Assembly (NCBI RefSeq): GCF_006345805.1
Contig: NW_021833323.1
Coordinates: 1-29,089, forward strand
Direction: 5' to 3'
Length of the DNA stretch: 29,089 nt
Source of the DNA: Octopus sinensis
Lineage: Eukaryota
The translations under genes were made by a program, and so were the position numbers. Below the pieces are notes generated by a model. It made no database searches, was not told the origin of the DNA, and worked only from the letters and a program-made list of their open reading frames with translations. This document shows positions 1-10,680 of this stretch, piece by piece (position 1 is the stretch's first letter; each line of letters begins with the position of its first letter).

Positions 1-61
1 CATATATATGCATGGATTTCCGTATATATGAGTGTATCTGTATACATATGTGGATACATGA

Positions 62-200
62 GTGCTTATATGTGTGTATGGATGCATGTATGTATGTGTG
101 TGTATGTATGTATGTATGTATGTATGTATGTATGTATGTATGTATGTAGTACGTATGTATGTATGTATTAGGCATGTGTGTGTGTGTGTGTGTATGTATA
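62..200. repeat. (TATG)n/(TG)n compound microsatellite
   Basis: Tandem TATG run followed by a TG run; explains the Cys/Val/Met/Tyr ORF 62..337. Confidence 0.95.
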
Positions 201-680
201 TGCTAGTGTGCATTTATGCATGTAATCGTGTGGTTACTTCTACACACAAACAAAAACAGAAACGGGAACACTTCAACAGTCTCCGCAGTCCAATTATACA
301 AATTGAACGTGAACTAATTATCATTAAATTGTCTTAATTTGATTTTAAAAATAAACCAACTCTCAAAGCAATCAGAAAACAAACCAGTAGCAATAAGCAC
401 TCTGCTGGCCTCTTGCCAGAATGGCGTCAGCTCGGTGTCTAACGATATCAGTTAATGATTTCATTTTGTGGTTGTTCTGGGTGGTTTTGCTTCTGTAACC
501 TTGCCTACATCTTCCAAACGTAGAATTTGCGATTTTGTTTGTGCGCGCATCCGTTAGTGTGTGTTTATGTGTCTATACGTGCACGCGCATAAATAATATT
601 AAATTTATTCATACATGCATACATTTATATGTCTGCATGCATGCGTCTTTATTTGTGAGAGAAACATGCCTAAGTCATGG

Positions 681-947
681 CTGCGGGGTCATTCCGAAAA
701 GCTCTACCTGCGACGATTTCATCTCAATCGAAGGAGAGGAGTTTTCTCCGTCCGGGTTGCGGATCCGTGGAACAAGCTGCCAGACGAGATGGTGAAGATG
801 CCGACGACCGCTTTGTTCAAAGCCTCCCTGGACCTCAAGTGGCCTGAACTCTTTACATGAACACCACCCTGTACTTAACTCCATGTCCCCCTACATGGCC
901 TTGCTATTTGCTTTTGAGCCAAATTAACTAACTAACTAACTAACTAA
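681..947 (+). mobile_element. 5'-truncated CR1-clade LINE: ORF2 C-terminus, 3' UTR and (TAAC)n tail
   Basis: 681-860 reads LRGHSEKLYLRRFHLNRRRGVFSVRVADPWNKLPDEMVKMPTTALFKASLDLKWPELFT*, matching the CR1 ORF2 terminal pattern RGH..KL....R...FS.RV...WN.LP..VV.......FK..LD. A ~60 nt UTR is followed by TAAC repeats at ~924-947. Confidence 0.88.
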
Positions 948-1040
948 ATTACACAGACAAACGCATATATATTGGTACACGCTCTTTTGCTTGTTGGACA
1001 TAATGGAATAACGTTATATAATTGTTTCCGATTTTCACAC

Positions 1041-1775
1041 AAAGCCAGCAATTTTAGGAAAATAGGTAAATCAATGACATCTGTGCCTGTTCTTGATTGG
1101 TACTTTATTTAACCCTTCACTGGCCGGCGCGTTTCGAAGTACACAAAAGGACATCTGGTCCCAAGTGACCCCTTTCAATTTTGAGCATTTCCGCTCCATC
1201 CATGTATTGTTAGCGTTTAACGGATGGGGATTAATATGTGATTTATTGACTGAAAGAAACCTTTATTGAAAGAAATCAACATTTTTTTATAGTTTTATAA
1301 ACTATACATAAAGCACTAAATATAAAATATAACAAAATGATTTAGTATATTGATTCATATCAGAACAAATACAAAACAAATTGATTTATAGTTCATCAGA
1401 TTATCTGAAAATAGAACAGAAAAAATAATTTCACAGAAGGTCATTGGAGTCCAGTTGGACTCCAACGACAATATTTTATGCTATAACATCCTTATGACTA
1501 GAAATTTTTAACTCAAAATTTGTATGAGAATACATAAACTGTTGACAATAAAAGTCTTGAGATATAAAATCATTGAAATAAAAAATTTAAAAGCTACATA
1601 ATTCTAAAAATTTGCTGGGTTCCCAAGGGGCCCCACCAGCCCGCGAAGGGTTAATAGATCCTGACTGGAGGAAAGGTGACGTTGACCTTGATGAGGTTTA
1701 CACTCGGAACGTAACGGAAGAAATGCCATTAAGTATTTTGTCTGGCACGGTAACATTCCTGCCACCTCTCCACCA
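1041..1775 (-). mobile_element. Old, degenerate tRNA-derived SINE (family M) split by the piggyBac MITE
   Basis: Removing 1113-1654 rejoins TGGTACTTTAT-TTAA-TAGATCC...GAAAGGTGACGTTGACCT..., a decayed form of CTGGTACTTATTTAATCGACCCCGAAAGGATGAAAGGCAAAGTCGACCTC seen in the younger copies. Confidence 0.6.
1113..1650. mobile_element. Non-autonomous piggyBac-type element (MITE), 538 bp
   Basis: TTAA at 1109-1112 and 1651-1654; TIRs CCCTTCACTGGCCGG and (reverse complement) CCCTTCGCGGGCTGG match 12/15; AT-rich non-coding interior. Confidence 0.88.
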
Positions 1776-1796
1776 TAATGCTACTTAGGATTAGCC

Positions 1797-1992
1797 TTTC
1801 TACTATAGACGCAAGTCCAGGAGTTTGAGGAGAAGCAGATAGTCGATCACATCGACCCTTTGCTTGACTAATACTTCATTTATCGACGCCGAAAGGATGA
1901 AAGTCAAAGTCGACCTCGGCGGCGTTTCAAATCAGAATGTAAACACGAACGAAACGCCGCTAAGAATTTTACCCGGCATCCTAATGATTCTG
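1797..1992 (-). mobile_element. tRNA-derived SINE, family M
   Basis: Contains the family core TTATCGACGCCGAAAGGATGAAAGTCAAAGTCGACCTCGGCGG shared with the copies at 2351, 3306, 13736 and 16852. Confidence 0.8.
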
Positions 1993-2039
1993 GGCTACAC
2001 ATTTGGCGTGTTGTAGATTTGTTTATGAAATGGAACCAA

Positions 2040-2168
2040 ATAGTTGTCTAGTACTTTATATTGCCCATCTGAAAGGAGAAAGTCAAAACTAACATAGGCG
2101 GACTTTTGACTAATCACGTAAAGGGAAGGTACAAACATCGCAAGTCATACGACGCTGTAACAATCCTG
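2040..2168 (-). mobile_element. Highly degenerate family M SINE fragment
   Basis: TAGTACTTTATATTGCCCATCTGAAAGGAGAAAGTCAAAACTAACATAGGCGG is a decayed version of the family core. Confidence 0.5.
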
Positions 2169-2199
2169 AAAATACAGTTCTTTGGCTGATATAAAAACC

Positions 2200-2342
2200 T
2201 TTGACCATTTATTCTTTAGATGTTTCAGTCATTGGTAACTAAGACCCTATTTGGGGCTGCTTTAAGGGGTTCAGTCGAGGAAGTGATCCCGATTCTTGCT
2301 TTTAAGTCGATCGGTATCTTTTGCCGAATCACAAAAATGTAA
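2200..2342 (-). mobile_element. 3' fragment of a family C SINE
   Basis: TGTTTCAGTCATTGG...ATCGGTATCTTTTGCCGAA...GTAAAC aligns by eye to the 3' half of the copy at 4046-4200. Confidence 0.55.
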
Positions 2343-2350
2343 ACGAATTA

Positions 2351-2742
2351 TATTTATTTCTTTATTGCCCACAGGGGCTAAATGTAGAGAGGACAAATAA
2401 GGACAAGCAAGGGGATTAAGTCGAATGCCTTGATCCAGTGATTAACTGGTACTTATTTAATCGACCCCGAAAGGATGAAAAGCAAAGTCGACCTCGGCGG
2501 CAATTTGAACTCTGGACGTAACGGCAGACGAAATACCTATTTCTTTACTACCCACAAGGGGCTACATACAGAGGGGACAAACAAGTACAGACAAACGGAT
2601 CAAGTCGATTACATTGACCTCAGTGCGTAACTGGTACTTAATTTATTGACCCCGAAATGATGAAAGGCAAAGTCGACCACGGCGGAATTTGAACTCAGAA
2701 CGTAACGACAGGAGAAATACCGCTAAGCATTTCGCTCGGCGC
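2351..2742 (-). mobile_element. Family M SINE, head-to-tail dimer
   Basis: Two ~185 bp units joined at GAAATA-CC-TATTTC (2530-2543), each with the conserved core. Confidence 0.85.
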
Positions 2743-3010
2743 GTGTGTCTGTGTGTGTGTCTGTCTTTGTCTGTGTGTGTATGTACCTATGTATGTACGT
2801 ATGTATGTATCTACGTATGTATGTATGAGTGTGTATGTGTGTGTATATACGCGCGTGCACAGTCACATACAAGCATACCACAAACGCAACGGTTTTTGTA
2901 CATGGTCGGACACGTGCCAATGTACGCGTGTATATGTGTGTATGCGTGTGTGCGTGCGTGTGTGTGTGTGTGTATGGATGTGTGCGTGTGTGTGTGTGTG
3001 TGCGCGCTCG
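2743..3010. repeat. (TG)n/(TATG)n/(TGCG)n compound microsatellite
   Basis: Direct inspection. Confidence 0.9.
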
Positions 3011-3305
3011 CATAGTAAGAGCTACAGATATTTATATTTGCGGTACTCGAACATATTGAATATAAATCAATCGGTCAGTACACAGCCATGAAATAGTCAA
3101 TTAAGTCAGCGTTTAACAACAACCTTAGGGGGACAGTTTTAAACAGTGACCAGTACAAATTTTATACAACAAACTAGTAGAAATTTAACCAAATTCATGA
3201 GCTCATAAGACCGGTGTCATAAGACAACGGAAATAACTGACATTCCATAACCAACAGTTTTTATCAATGGATCTCCGCCGTATTATCATGCTTTCTTCGA
3301 ATGTC

Positions 3306-3690
3306 GGCAAGCTGGCAGAATCGTTAGCACGCCAGGCGAAATATTAACGGTATTTCGTCTGCCGCTACGGTCTGAGTTCAAATTCCGCCGAGGTCGACTT
3401 TGTCTTTCATCCTTTCGGGGTCGATAACTTAAGTACCAGTTACGCACTGGGGTCGATGTAATCGACTTAATACCTATGTCTATCCTTGTTTGTCCCCTCT
3501 GTGTTTAGCCCCTTGTGGGTAATAAAGAAATAGGTATTTCGTCTGCCGCTACGGTCTGAGTTCAAATTCTGCCGAAGTCGACTTTGTCTTTCATCATTTC
3601 GAGGTCTATTAAATAAGTACCAGTTACGCACTGGGGTCGACGTAATCGACTTAACCCCCTCCCCCAAGGTGCCCTTGTGGCAAAAATTTA
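3306..3690 (+). mobile_element. Family M SINE, head-to-tail dimer
   Basis: tRNA-like head GGCAAGCTGGCAGAATCGTTAGC...GAGTTCAAATTCC (A- and B-box-like); the second unit starts after GAAATA-GG-TATTTC at 3527-3540. Confidence 0.85.
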
Positions 3691-4045
3691 AAATCGTTAT
3701 CAGTTTTCCGTCGACGCATCGCCAGGAAGCACAATATACAAACATATAAAGATGGATAATTAAATGCAGGTATATGAAATACCATAAAACAAAAATTCTT
3801 GATTTAGAAAAATTATCTCCACCTCTAGATGATGTGTCTCAAGTACTAAATCGCATTTGCTGCACTGGAGATGAAGTGATAAACCCAAAAATAAGGGCTT
3901 CTCGAAATTTGACTTCACTAGGGTTAAGGGTAGGCTTATTAACTTGAAATAAGAAGAGCGCAGTCTGGTCACTTGCTTTTGCCTCAAAAGCCCTTCATCA
4001 CCACGACCATCGACTTAAAAATCCTCAGTAACCAAGGGAGTTAGA

Positions 4046-4451
4046 CTTACTCTTTTACTTGTTTCCGTCATTTGACTGTGGCCATGCTGCAGCACCACCT
4101 TTAGTCAAACAAATGACCCCCAGGACTTATTCTATGTAAGGCTAGTACTTATTCTATCGGTCCCTTTTGGCGAACCACTAGGTTAGGGGAACGTAAACAC
4201 ACCAGCAGCGGTTGCCAAGCGATGTTGGGGGACAAACACAGACACACAAACATATACGCACACATACATATTGATATATACATATATACGACAGGCTTCT
4301 TTCAGTTTGGGTCTACCAAATCCACTCACAAGGCTTTGGTCGGCCCGAGGGGTTAAATGAAGACACTTGCCGAAGGTGCTACGCCGTGGGAATGAACCCG
4401 GAACCATGTGGTTGGTAAGCAAGCTAATTACCACACAGCCACTCTTACACC
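4046..4451 (-). mobile_element. tRNA-derived SINE, family C (CORE-like segment, internal TG/TA tract)
   Basis: Minus strand reads GGTGTAAGAGTGGCTGTGTGGTAA...GGTTCCGGGTTCATTCCC...GCACCTTCGGCAAGTGTCTTC and ends ...AAACAAGTAAAAGAGTAAG; homologous to 17996-18386. Confidence 0.85.
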
Positions 4452-4954
4452 AATGACTTGCACCAAAAAAAAGAATGCATTCACGACTTGGGTAAGTTGC
4501 AGATAAATAATTCAGAATCGTTGCCAATGGCCTGATTTGGAACAACTTAGACCAATACTGGAACATAATATGCCATACATCATAAATTCTTGAGTTATTA
4601 AAAATTGCAAGGTGTATGCATAACTCATTGATAGATTTATATAAGGTTGTGTTCATTTTCATTCTGGTCGTTTCGTTTCATTGAATTTATTTACAAAATT
4701 TCTATATTGTATCTGTATTATTTCTGGGTATTATAATTTATGAGGAAGCCGAAGTCCCATGTCGTGTGCCCTATACATAATGTCCACGATAGCTCGCTTT
4801 GCTACATTGATTTATCGATCAAATGTAAAAGTAGTGAAAATAACTGTTAAATATAAATATAAATATTACCACGCACCTTTAACTCTTCAGGTCATAGTTT
4901 AAATACTACGCAAAAAAAGAAACAGACATATTAGCACAAATATATACACACGCA

Positions 4955-5097
4955 TCTCTCTCACTCTCTCACTCTCTCACTCTCTTTCACTATCTCCCCT
5001 CTCTCTTTCTCGATCTATATTTCTCTTAATCTTTCTCTCTCTCTCTCAATATCTATCTGTCTATCTGTCTCAATCTGTCTTTCTCTCCATATATATG

Positions 5098-5157
<60 letters not shown>

Positions 5158-5343
5158 TATATATCGTGTTTTTGTGTGTGGTGTACACATACATACATAC
5201 TTAAATATATATACATACTTATATCTATATACATACATATACAAATATATATGTTGTGTGTATACACACACGCACACACACATGTATATATATATATATA
5301 CATATGTGTTATATACATATATAAACATTTATATATATACACA

Positions 5344-5394
<51 letters not shown>

Positions 5395-5465
5395 ATCATT
5401 TATATATATATATATATACACACATACATATATAAATATGTAAAGATATATTTATGTGTGTGTGT
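4955..5465. repeat. (CT)n, (TATC)n and long interrupted (TA)n/(CA)n array
   Basis: Direct inspection. Confidence 0.9.
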
Positions 5466-5688
5466 GTTCGTGTGCTCTAATTTCTAAAACAAAGAAGACC
5501 AATTTCAATTAGATACTCAATGCATCACTGTTTAATGTGGCGTTGCATAATTTATTCATAGAGTTTATCTTTTTTACGATTTGAAGATCGTTTCAACGAA
5601 ATGATATGCATATTAGAGAGAGATAAAACACTATGAATAAATATAAGTGAATATAAATAGATATATGTGTGGTGTATGAATGTGTATA

Positions 5689-5748
<60 letters not shown>

Positions 5749-5912
5749 AAATCAAATTGCGATAAAATAAAAATAATTATAATCGCTGGTATTACTAACA
5801 CAAGCCATATATTTTTCATATATCAGTACATTAAGGCGAAATATGTGCTAGGAATACAGAAGCTTGATAAATTAAGTGAAATGAAGATAAAAACATTTAC
5901 TAAACCGGTAAT

Positions 5913-5984
5913 TCTCAGACTGCAGTTTCTTTCTTTTCAGCAATAAAGATATTTTATTTGCTCAGGGAGAATTCTTCAGTGAGA
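5913..5984 (-). ncRNA. Type I hammerhead ribozyme motif with extended stem II
   Basis: Minus strand: UCUCA-CUGAAGA-[43 nt stem II]-GAAAC-UGCA-GUC^-UGAGA. Stem I is 5 bp perfect; stem III plus loop is the palindrome ACUGCAGU. Confidence 0.75.
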
Positions 5985-6043
5985 CCCTGTTTTTCTGGGA
6001 TCCTAACTCACTAGAAGCATGTGCGTCTAATGATTTAGTCTCC

Positions 6044-6100
<57 letters not shown>

Positions 6101-6270
6101 CATATATATATATAACACATATGTGTGTTTATATGTGTTTAGATATAAGTGTGTGCGTATGCATATTTACAAATACACATCTATTTTACTTATACATGCA
6201 TATACGCATATATGTGTGTATATACATATGTGTGTGCTTGTGTGCTTGTGCGTGCGTGTGTGTGTGCGTG

Positions 6271-6542
6271 TGAAAGCGCATGGCTTAGTGGTTAGGGTGT
6301 TCCACTCACGGTTGTCAAATCGCTGTTTCCATCGCTAGACCGGGCGTTGTGTTCTTGCGTCGTACTTCTTCAGCAAAGCATTTCGCTTCACGTTGCTCTG
6401 CGATCGTTTCGTCAGCTGACCTGTGGCACACGGTGAGTTTATGTAAACAAAAACACTTGATAATTACAAACAAAGCCTTTGAGTGGCTGGTCAACAAAAA
6501 AATTGCAGAGCCTTCATACGTCGTCTAACGAGGTGAAAGTCC

Positions 6543-6545
<3 letters not shown>
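6271..6545 (+). mobile_element. tRNA-derived SINE, family T (head TGAAGGCGCATGGCTYAGTGGTTAG)
   Basis: A-box-like TGGCTTAGTGG and GCGTTGTGTTCTT...AGCAAAGCA...TCACGTTGCTC shared with 12746-13085; the 3' half differs. Confidence 0.7.
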
Positions 6546-6618
<73 letters not shown>

Positions 6619-6722
6619 ACACATACAACATATATATTTTCGGTGTAAGTGACTTTTAGTCACTGGAAAATGGATATATATTTACAAACGGGACTCGCTT
6701 TTCATTGGCAATCGGTGATTGT

Positions 6723-6767
6723 CACACGCTGATGACGGGTCAATATTCAGAAACTCGAGTCCGTGTG
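6723..6767 (+). ncRNA. Type I hammerhead ribozyme motif (minimal, PLE-like)
   Basis: CACACG-CUGAUGA-C-GGGU-CAAU-AUUC-A-GAAAC-UCGA-GUC^-CGUGUG. Stem I is 6 bp perfect, stem II is 4 bp with two G.U pairs, and stem III plus loop is the palindrome ACUCGAGU. Confidence 0.8.
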
Positions 6768-6948
6768 TATCATGTCAGGTTGAAAATGGGAAGGATGGCT
6801 TCCTTTTGCAAATACTGATAGAGCACAGAAAGTGAGTCAATAGCTAGCTGGAGGAGGTGTTCTCCTAGGGCTACAAGCAACAGTAGCATCCACCCTTAAG
6901 GATTAGCCACGTGTAAGTGGCAAATATACTTCACGTTAATATATATAT

Positions 6949-6995
<47 letters not shown>

Positions 6996-7464
6996 ATATA
7001 TATATATATATTATATTATATATACTATACATATATATATATACAGTCGCCGTGCTTGACCGCTAAATCTACAAGTTTATAAAACTACATGTGCAAATGC
7101 ATATAAGCATTCATGTAAGTAGTCAAAACAAAGGCTATCATCTGGACTTATAGTATCAATTACCCTACTGTGTAGACTGTTCCTACTAATATATTATTGT
7201 CTACCAACAGTTACAATGGTATGCACATTAGGCGCACCATCTTAGATCTGTCACCCATTTTATGAATCATAAATATTTATGACATAACACACTCTATCTC
7301 TCTCTAAGCCGGAAATGTGTAAATGGTCTCTGATGCGACAGAGATCAACATTGAAATTAATGAAATCGATTCATTTTTTCCAACTATAGAGAGAAGGAGC
7401 TCTTATATATATATATTGCAGTATGCCATAACAGTGGGACGCACGGGCGTTCTTATTTCTTCAG

Positions 7465-7613
7465 TTTTTTTCTCCTTGTCAATCATTTTAGGATAAGGGT
7501 GACTGAATACTCGAAACGTGAAAGATAACTCCTTTTTCCCCGTTTCCAGAGCGTCAATATAATATAATGTGGGGCTTTAAACTCGTTCTTCTGTCGTATT
7601 TTTACACCACTCA
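7465..7613 (+). mobile_element. Degenerate Penelope-like pseudo-LTR fragment
   Basis: TTTCTCCTTGT...ACTCGAAACGTGAAAGA...GAGCGTCAATATAATA matches the reverse complement of the 19574-19745 repeat; the HHR core is decayed. Confidence 0.55.
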
Positions 7614-7629
7614 ATCACACAAAACATAC

Positions 7630-7633
7630 GTAC

Positions 7634-7664
<31 letters not shown>

Positions 7665-7665
7665 C

Positions 7666-7712
<47 letters not shown>

Positions 7713-8010
7713 ACGTATGTATATATATGAAAGAATGTTTGAAAATGCAAACATCTTTTAAAATTGCATTTTCAAACCTTTCATATATATTTCCGCTCGT
7801 GCGGTACCTTACAACTTCACTTTGTTATATATATGTGTGTGGCTGTGTGTGCGTGTGTGTTTGTCTGTCTGTCTGTCTGTCTGTGTGTGTGTGTCTGATG
7901 TGTGTGAGTGTCTGTCTGTTTGTATATGTGTGTCTGATGTGTGTGAGTATCTGTCTGTGTGTGTCTGTGTCTGTGTATGTGTGTGTGTGTGTAGATATAT
8001 ATATTTATCA
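7630..8010. repeat. (CA)n, (TA)n and (TGTC)n/(TG)n microsatellites
   Basis: Direct inspection. Confidence 0.9.
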
Positions 8011-8555
8011 GTTTCGGACGCAAATTACAATTATCTGTTGCGTTCTTTACCTCTGGGTCTTTAGTTACCACCTAACCATTCATGGATATATCACGCTCAT
8101 ACGCACATAGTCACACGCGCGCGCGTGTGTGTATATGATACGTACAGGTGTATTGCTCACATTTGCAAATATGAAGATAAAAAAACAAGGAGGACAAACG
8201 ACGAAGTCAAAAACAGCAACAACAAATCACAACTTAATTAGCAACAACAGCAACAACAAAAGCACCCACCGTCACCAACAACAACAACAACAACAAAAAA
8301 GCACCACCAACAACAACAACGAGAGACGAATACCGTTTAGTACTTCATAAGCACCGCGGAAAAAAAAATATTACAAGTCTACCACAATTGTCAAAACACC
8401 ACATTTTTCTCAAACAATAATTTACATATAAAAATATTGCAGTGTCATGAACAAATAATATAAATTTGTGATTCGTTAAAAAAAAATGTATCGTTGCTGT
8501 CTTCCAGCTTACGACTATTGTGTCATTATTTTCTGCGTTATTTTTATTAGCTGGG

Positions 8556-8559
<4 letters not shown>

Positions 8560-8593
<34 letters not shown>

Positions 8594-8788
8594 AAAGAGA
8601 GAGAAAGTGAGATAGATAGCGAGATATAGATAATGTACATACACACATAAATACATGAATATATATGTATATATATATATATATATTATATATATATATA
8701 TATATATTATATATAATATATGTATATATATATATAATGTATATATATATATGTATATATATATGTATATGTATACATATGTACATGT

Positions 8789-8830
<42 letters not shown>

Positions 8831-8865
8831 CACATACACACACACACATATATATAATATATATA

Positions 8866-8919
<54 letters not shown>

Positions 8920-8920
8920 G
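8560..8920. repeat. Long interrupted (TA)n array
   Basis: Direct inspection; source of the Tyr/Ile ORFs. Confidence 0.9.
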
Positions 8921-9279
8921 TATGCTGATTCTTTCCTGTTGCAATTTAGACGAACTTAAATTTTTTTTGTGTTTTGTGTTTTCGTTTATTTCTTGTATTT
9001 TTGTGTTTAACATCAAACAAATGCCACGAGTCAATATATTTTTTTTTACTTTCTTTCTTCATTATGTTTTTGTCGCATTCTGGGGTTTTTTTGGGGGGTG
9101 GTTGTTTTTTAAATGTTTACATCTCTGGTGTGACAAATCTGTTTCAACTTTATTATAATCTTCTGTTCCTTCATTCGATCATTTTTTTTTTGCTATTGTT
9201 CTTCTTGTTGTTCTTGTCATTGTTGTCGTGGTCGTTGTTTTGCTTGATGCCATCGTTCATGTATTTGTATTTACATTCT

Positions 9280-9470
9280 TTTTCATCATATTTCTCATCA
9301 TCATCATCATCATCATCGTCATCATCATCTTCATCAAATCATCATCACCATTGTCATCATCCGCTTCTTCTTCTTCTTCACCTTCTTTTTCTTCTACTTC
9401 TCCATCTACTTCTTCTTCATCTACTTCTTCTTCATCATCATCATCATCATCATCTCCGTCTCTTTCTTCC
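9280..9470. repeat. (TCA)n/(TCT)n trinucleotide mosaic
   Basis: Direct inspection. Confidence 0.9.
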
Positions 9471-9711
9471 TTTTTTTGCTTTCTTTCTCGTCTCCCTCTC
9501 AGACATAACTGCTTATTAATAAGTAAACTTGTTCTTGGACAAATCAAATCATAAACTAATGGTGTAATTTTGTTCTTATTTATATGTTCTTGAAATTCAT
9601 GTCATGTGTTAGGCTGTAGAAATGGTGCAGTAAATGAACTGTGCTATTTATTTAGGTTCTCTGTACATCCTGATTTCAAATTAGTGCTTGGTCTTTCTGG
9701 GTTTGATGCAA

Positions 9712-9741
9712 ATAATGATGATGATAATAATGATAATAATG

Positions 9742-9832
<91 letters not shown>

Positions 9833-9834
9833 CA
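9712..9834. repeat. (TAA)n microsatellite
   Basis: About 40 triplets, with TGA variants at the left end. Confidence 0.95.
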
Positions 9835-10035
9835 ACAGCAAAAACACCAGGACTTACACAGACATATAACATACAGAAAATTGCACTACTAGGCACTGCA
9901 CACATCCTACGCAAAACACTTTCAATACAATAACCATAAGATCATCACAACAAATCACAGCACATACCCAAGGCACACAGAGCTGCGCTCGGTAGTGAAG
10001 TGAAAGCACGTTATAAAAATAAAACTACTGAATGA
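9835..10035 (+). mobile_element. R4/Dong-like REL LINE, extreme 3' end (subfamily a)
   Basis: Reads TAKTPGLTQTYNIQKIALLGTAHILRKTLSIQ* (stop 9931-9933), the QK.ALLGTA.ILRK.L terminus of R4-clade ORFs; ~100 nt UTR, then (TAA)n. Confidence 0.85.
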
Positions 10036-10046
10036 TAATAATAATG

Positions 10047-10080
<34 letters not shown>

Positions 10081-10345
10081 GTTAAACAGTTATGGTCGAC
10101 GAAAAAGGTTGTAGTAGTACAAATAATTGCCGGAACCCTGAGAACAGTGAGCAAAAATCTCGAGAAGTAGGTGGAGCAAATAGGGGCTGTAATAAGGGTG
10201 GTGTACTTGTAGAAAACAGCACTGCTTGGAACTGTTTGAATGCTCCTGAAGGTGCTCGAAAAATAAGAAGTGTTACTTTATTTCGCTGGAAGTGATCAGC
10301 TGACACCGAAGTACATCTCCAGTGTTAGAAGCTGTGCAAAGGCAA
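10081..10345 (+). mobile_element. R4/Dong-like REL LINE, 3' end (subfamily b)
   Basis: Reads VKQLWSTKKVVVVQIIAGTLRTVSKNLEK*VEQIGAVIRVVYL*KTALLGTV*MLLKVLEK* (final stop 10264-10266); distinct UTR, then a (TGA/TAA)n tail. Confidence 0.82.
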
Positions 10346-10408
10346 TGATGATAATAATAATAAATATGATGATAGTGATGATAATAATATAATAATAATA
10401 ATAATAAT

Positions 10409-10495
<87 letters not shown>

Positions 10496-10506
10496 GATGA
10501 TGATGG

Positions 10507-10538
<32 letters not shown>

Positions 10539-10680
10539 GTGATTGATGATGATGATGATGATGACGATGATGATGATGGCGATGATGATGATGGCGATGA
10601 TGATGATGATGATGGCGATGATGATGATGGCGATGATGACGGCGATGATGATGATGGCGATGATGATGATGATGATGATG
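10346..10680. repeat. (TAA)n grading into (TGA)n/(GGCGAT) triplet mosaic
   Basis: Direct inspection. Confidence 0.9.

Noticed and set aside
2351-2742. CRISPR-like or satellite reading of the ~185 bp tandem units
   Set aside because: The units are SINE multimers with no unique spacers and no cas genes; the context is eukaryotic.
3750-3944. Stop-free plus frame of about 65 codons (…MKYHKTKILDLEKLSPPLDDVSQVLNRICC…)
   Set aside because: No recognisable family and no polypyrimidine acceptor; frames of this length are expected by chance across the window.
5985-6020. Second hammerhead-like string on minus (CTAGTGA...GAAAAACAGGGTC) just upstream of the 5913 motif
   Set aside because: The core is altered and no stem I pairing is available.
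6525-6542. CTAACGAGGTGAAAGTCC as a hammerhead core
   Set aside because: No GAAA/NUH or stem I follows; it is the 3' end of the family T SINE.
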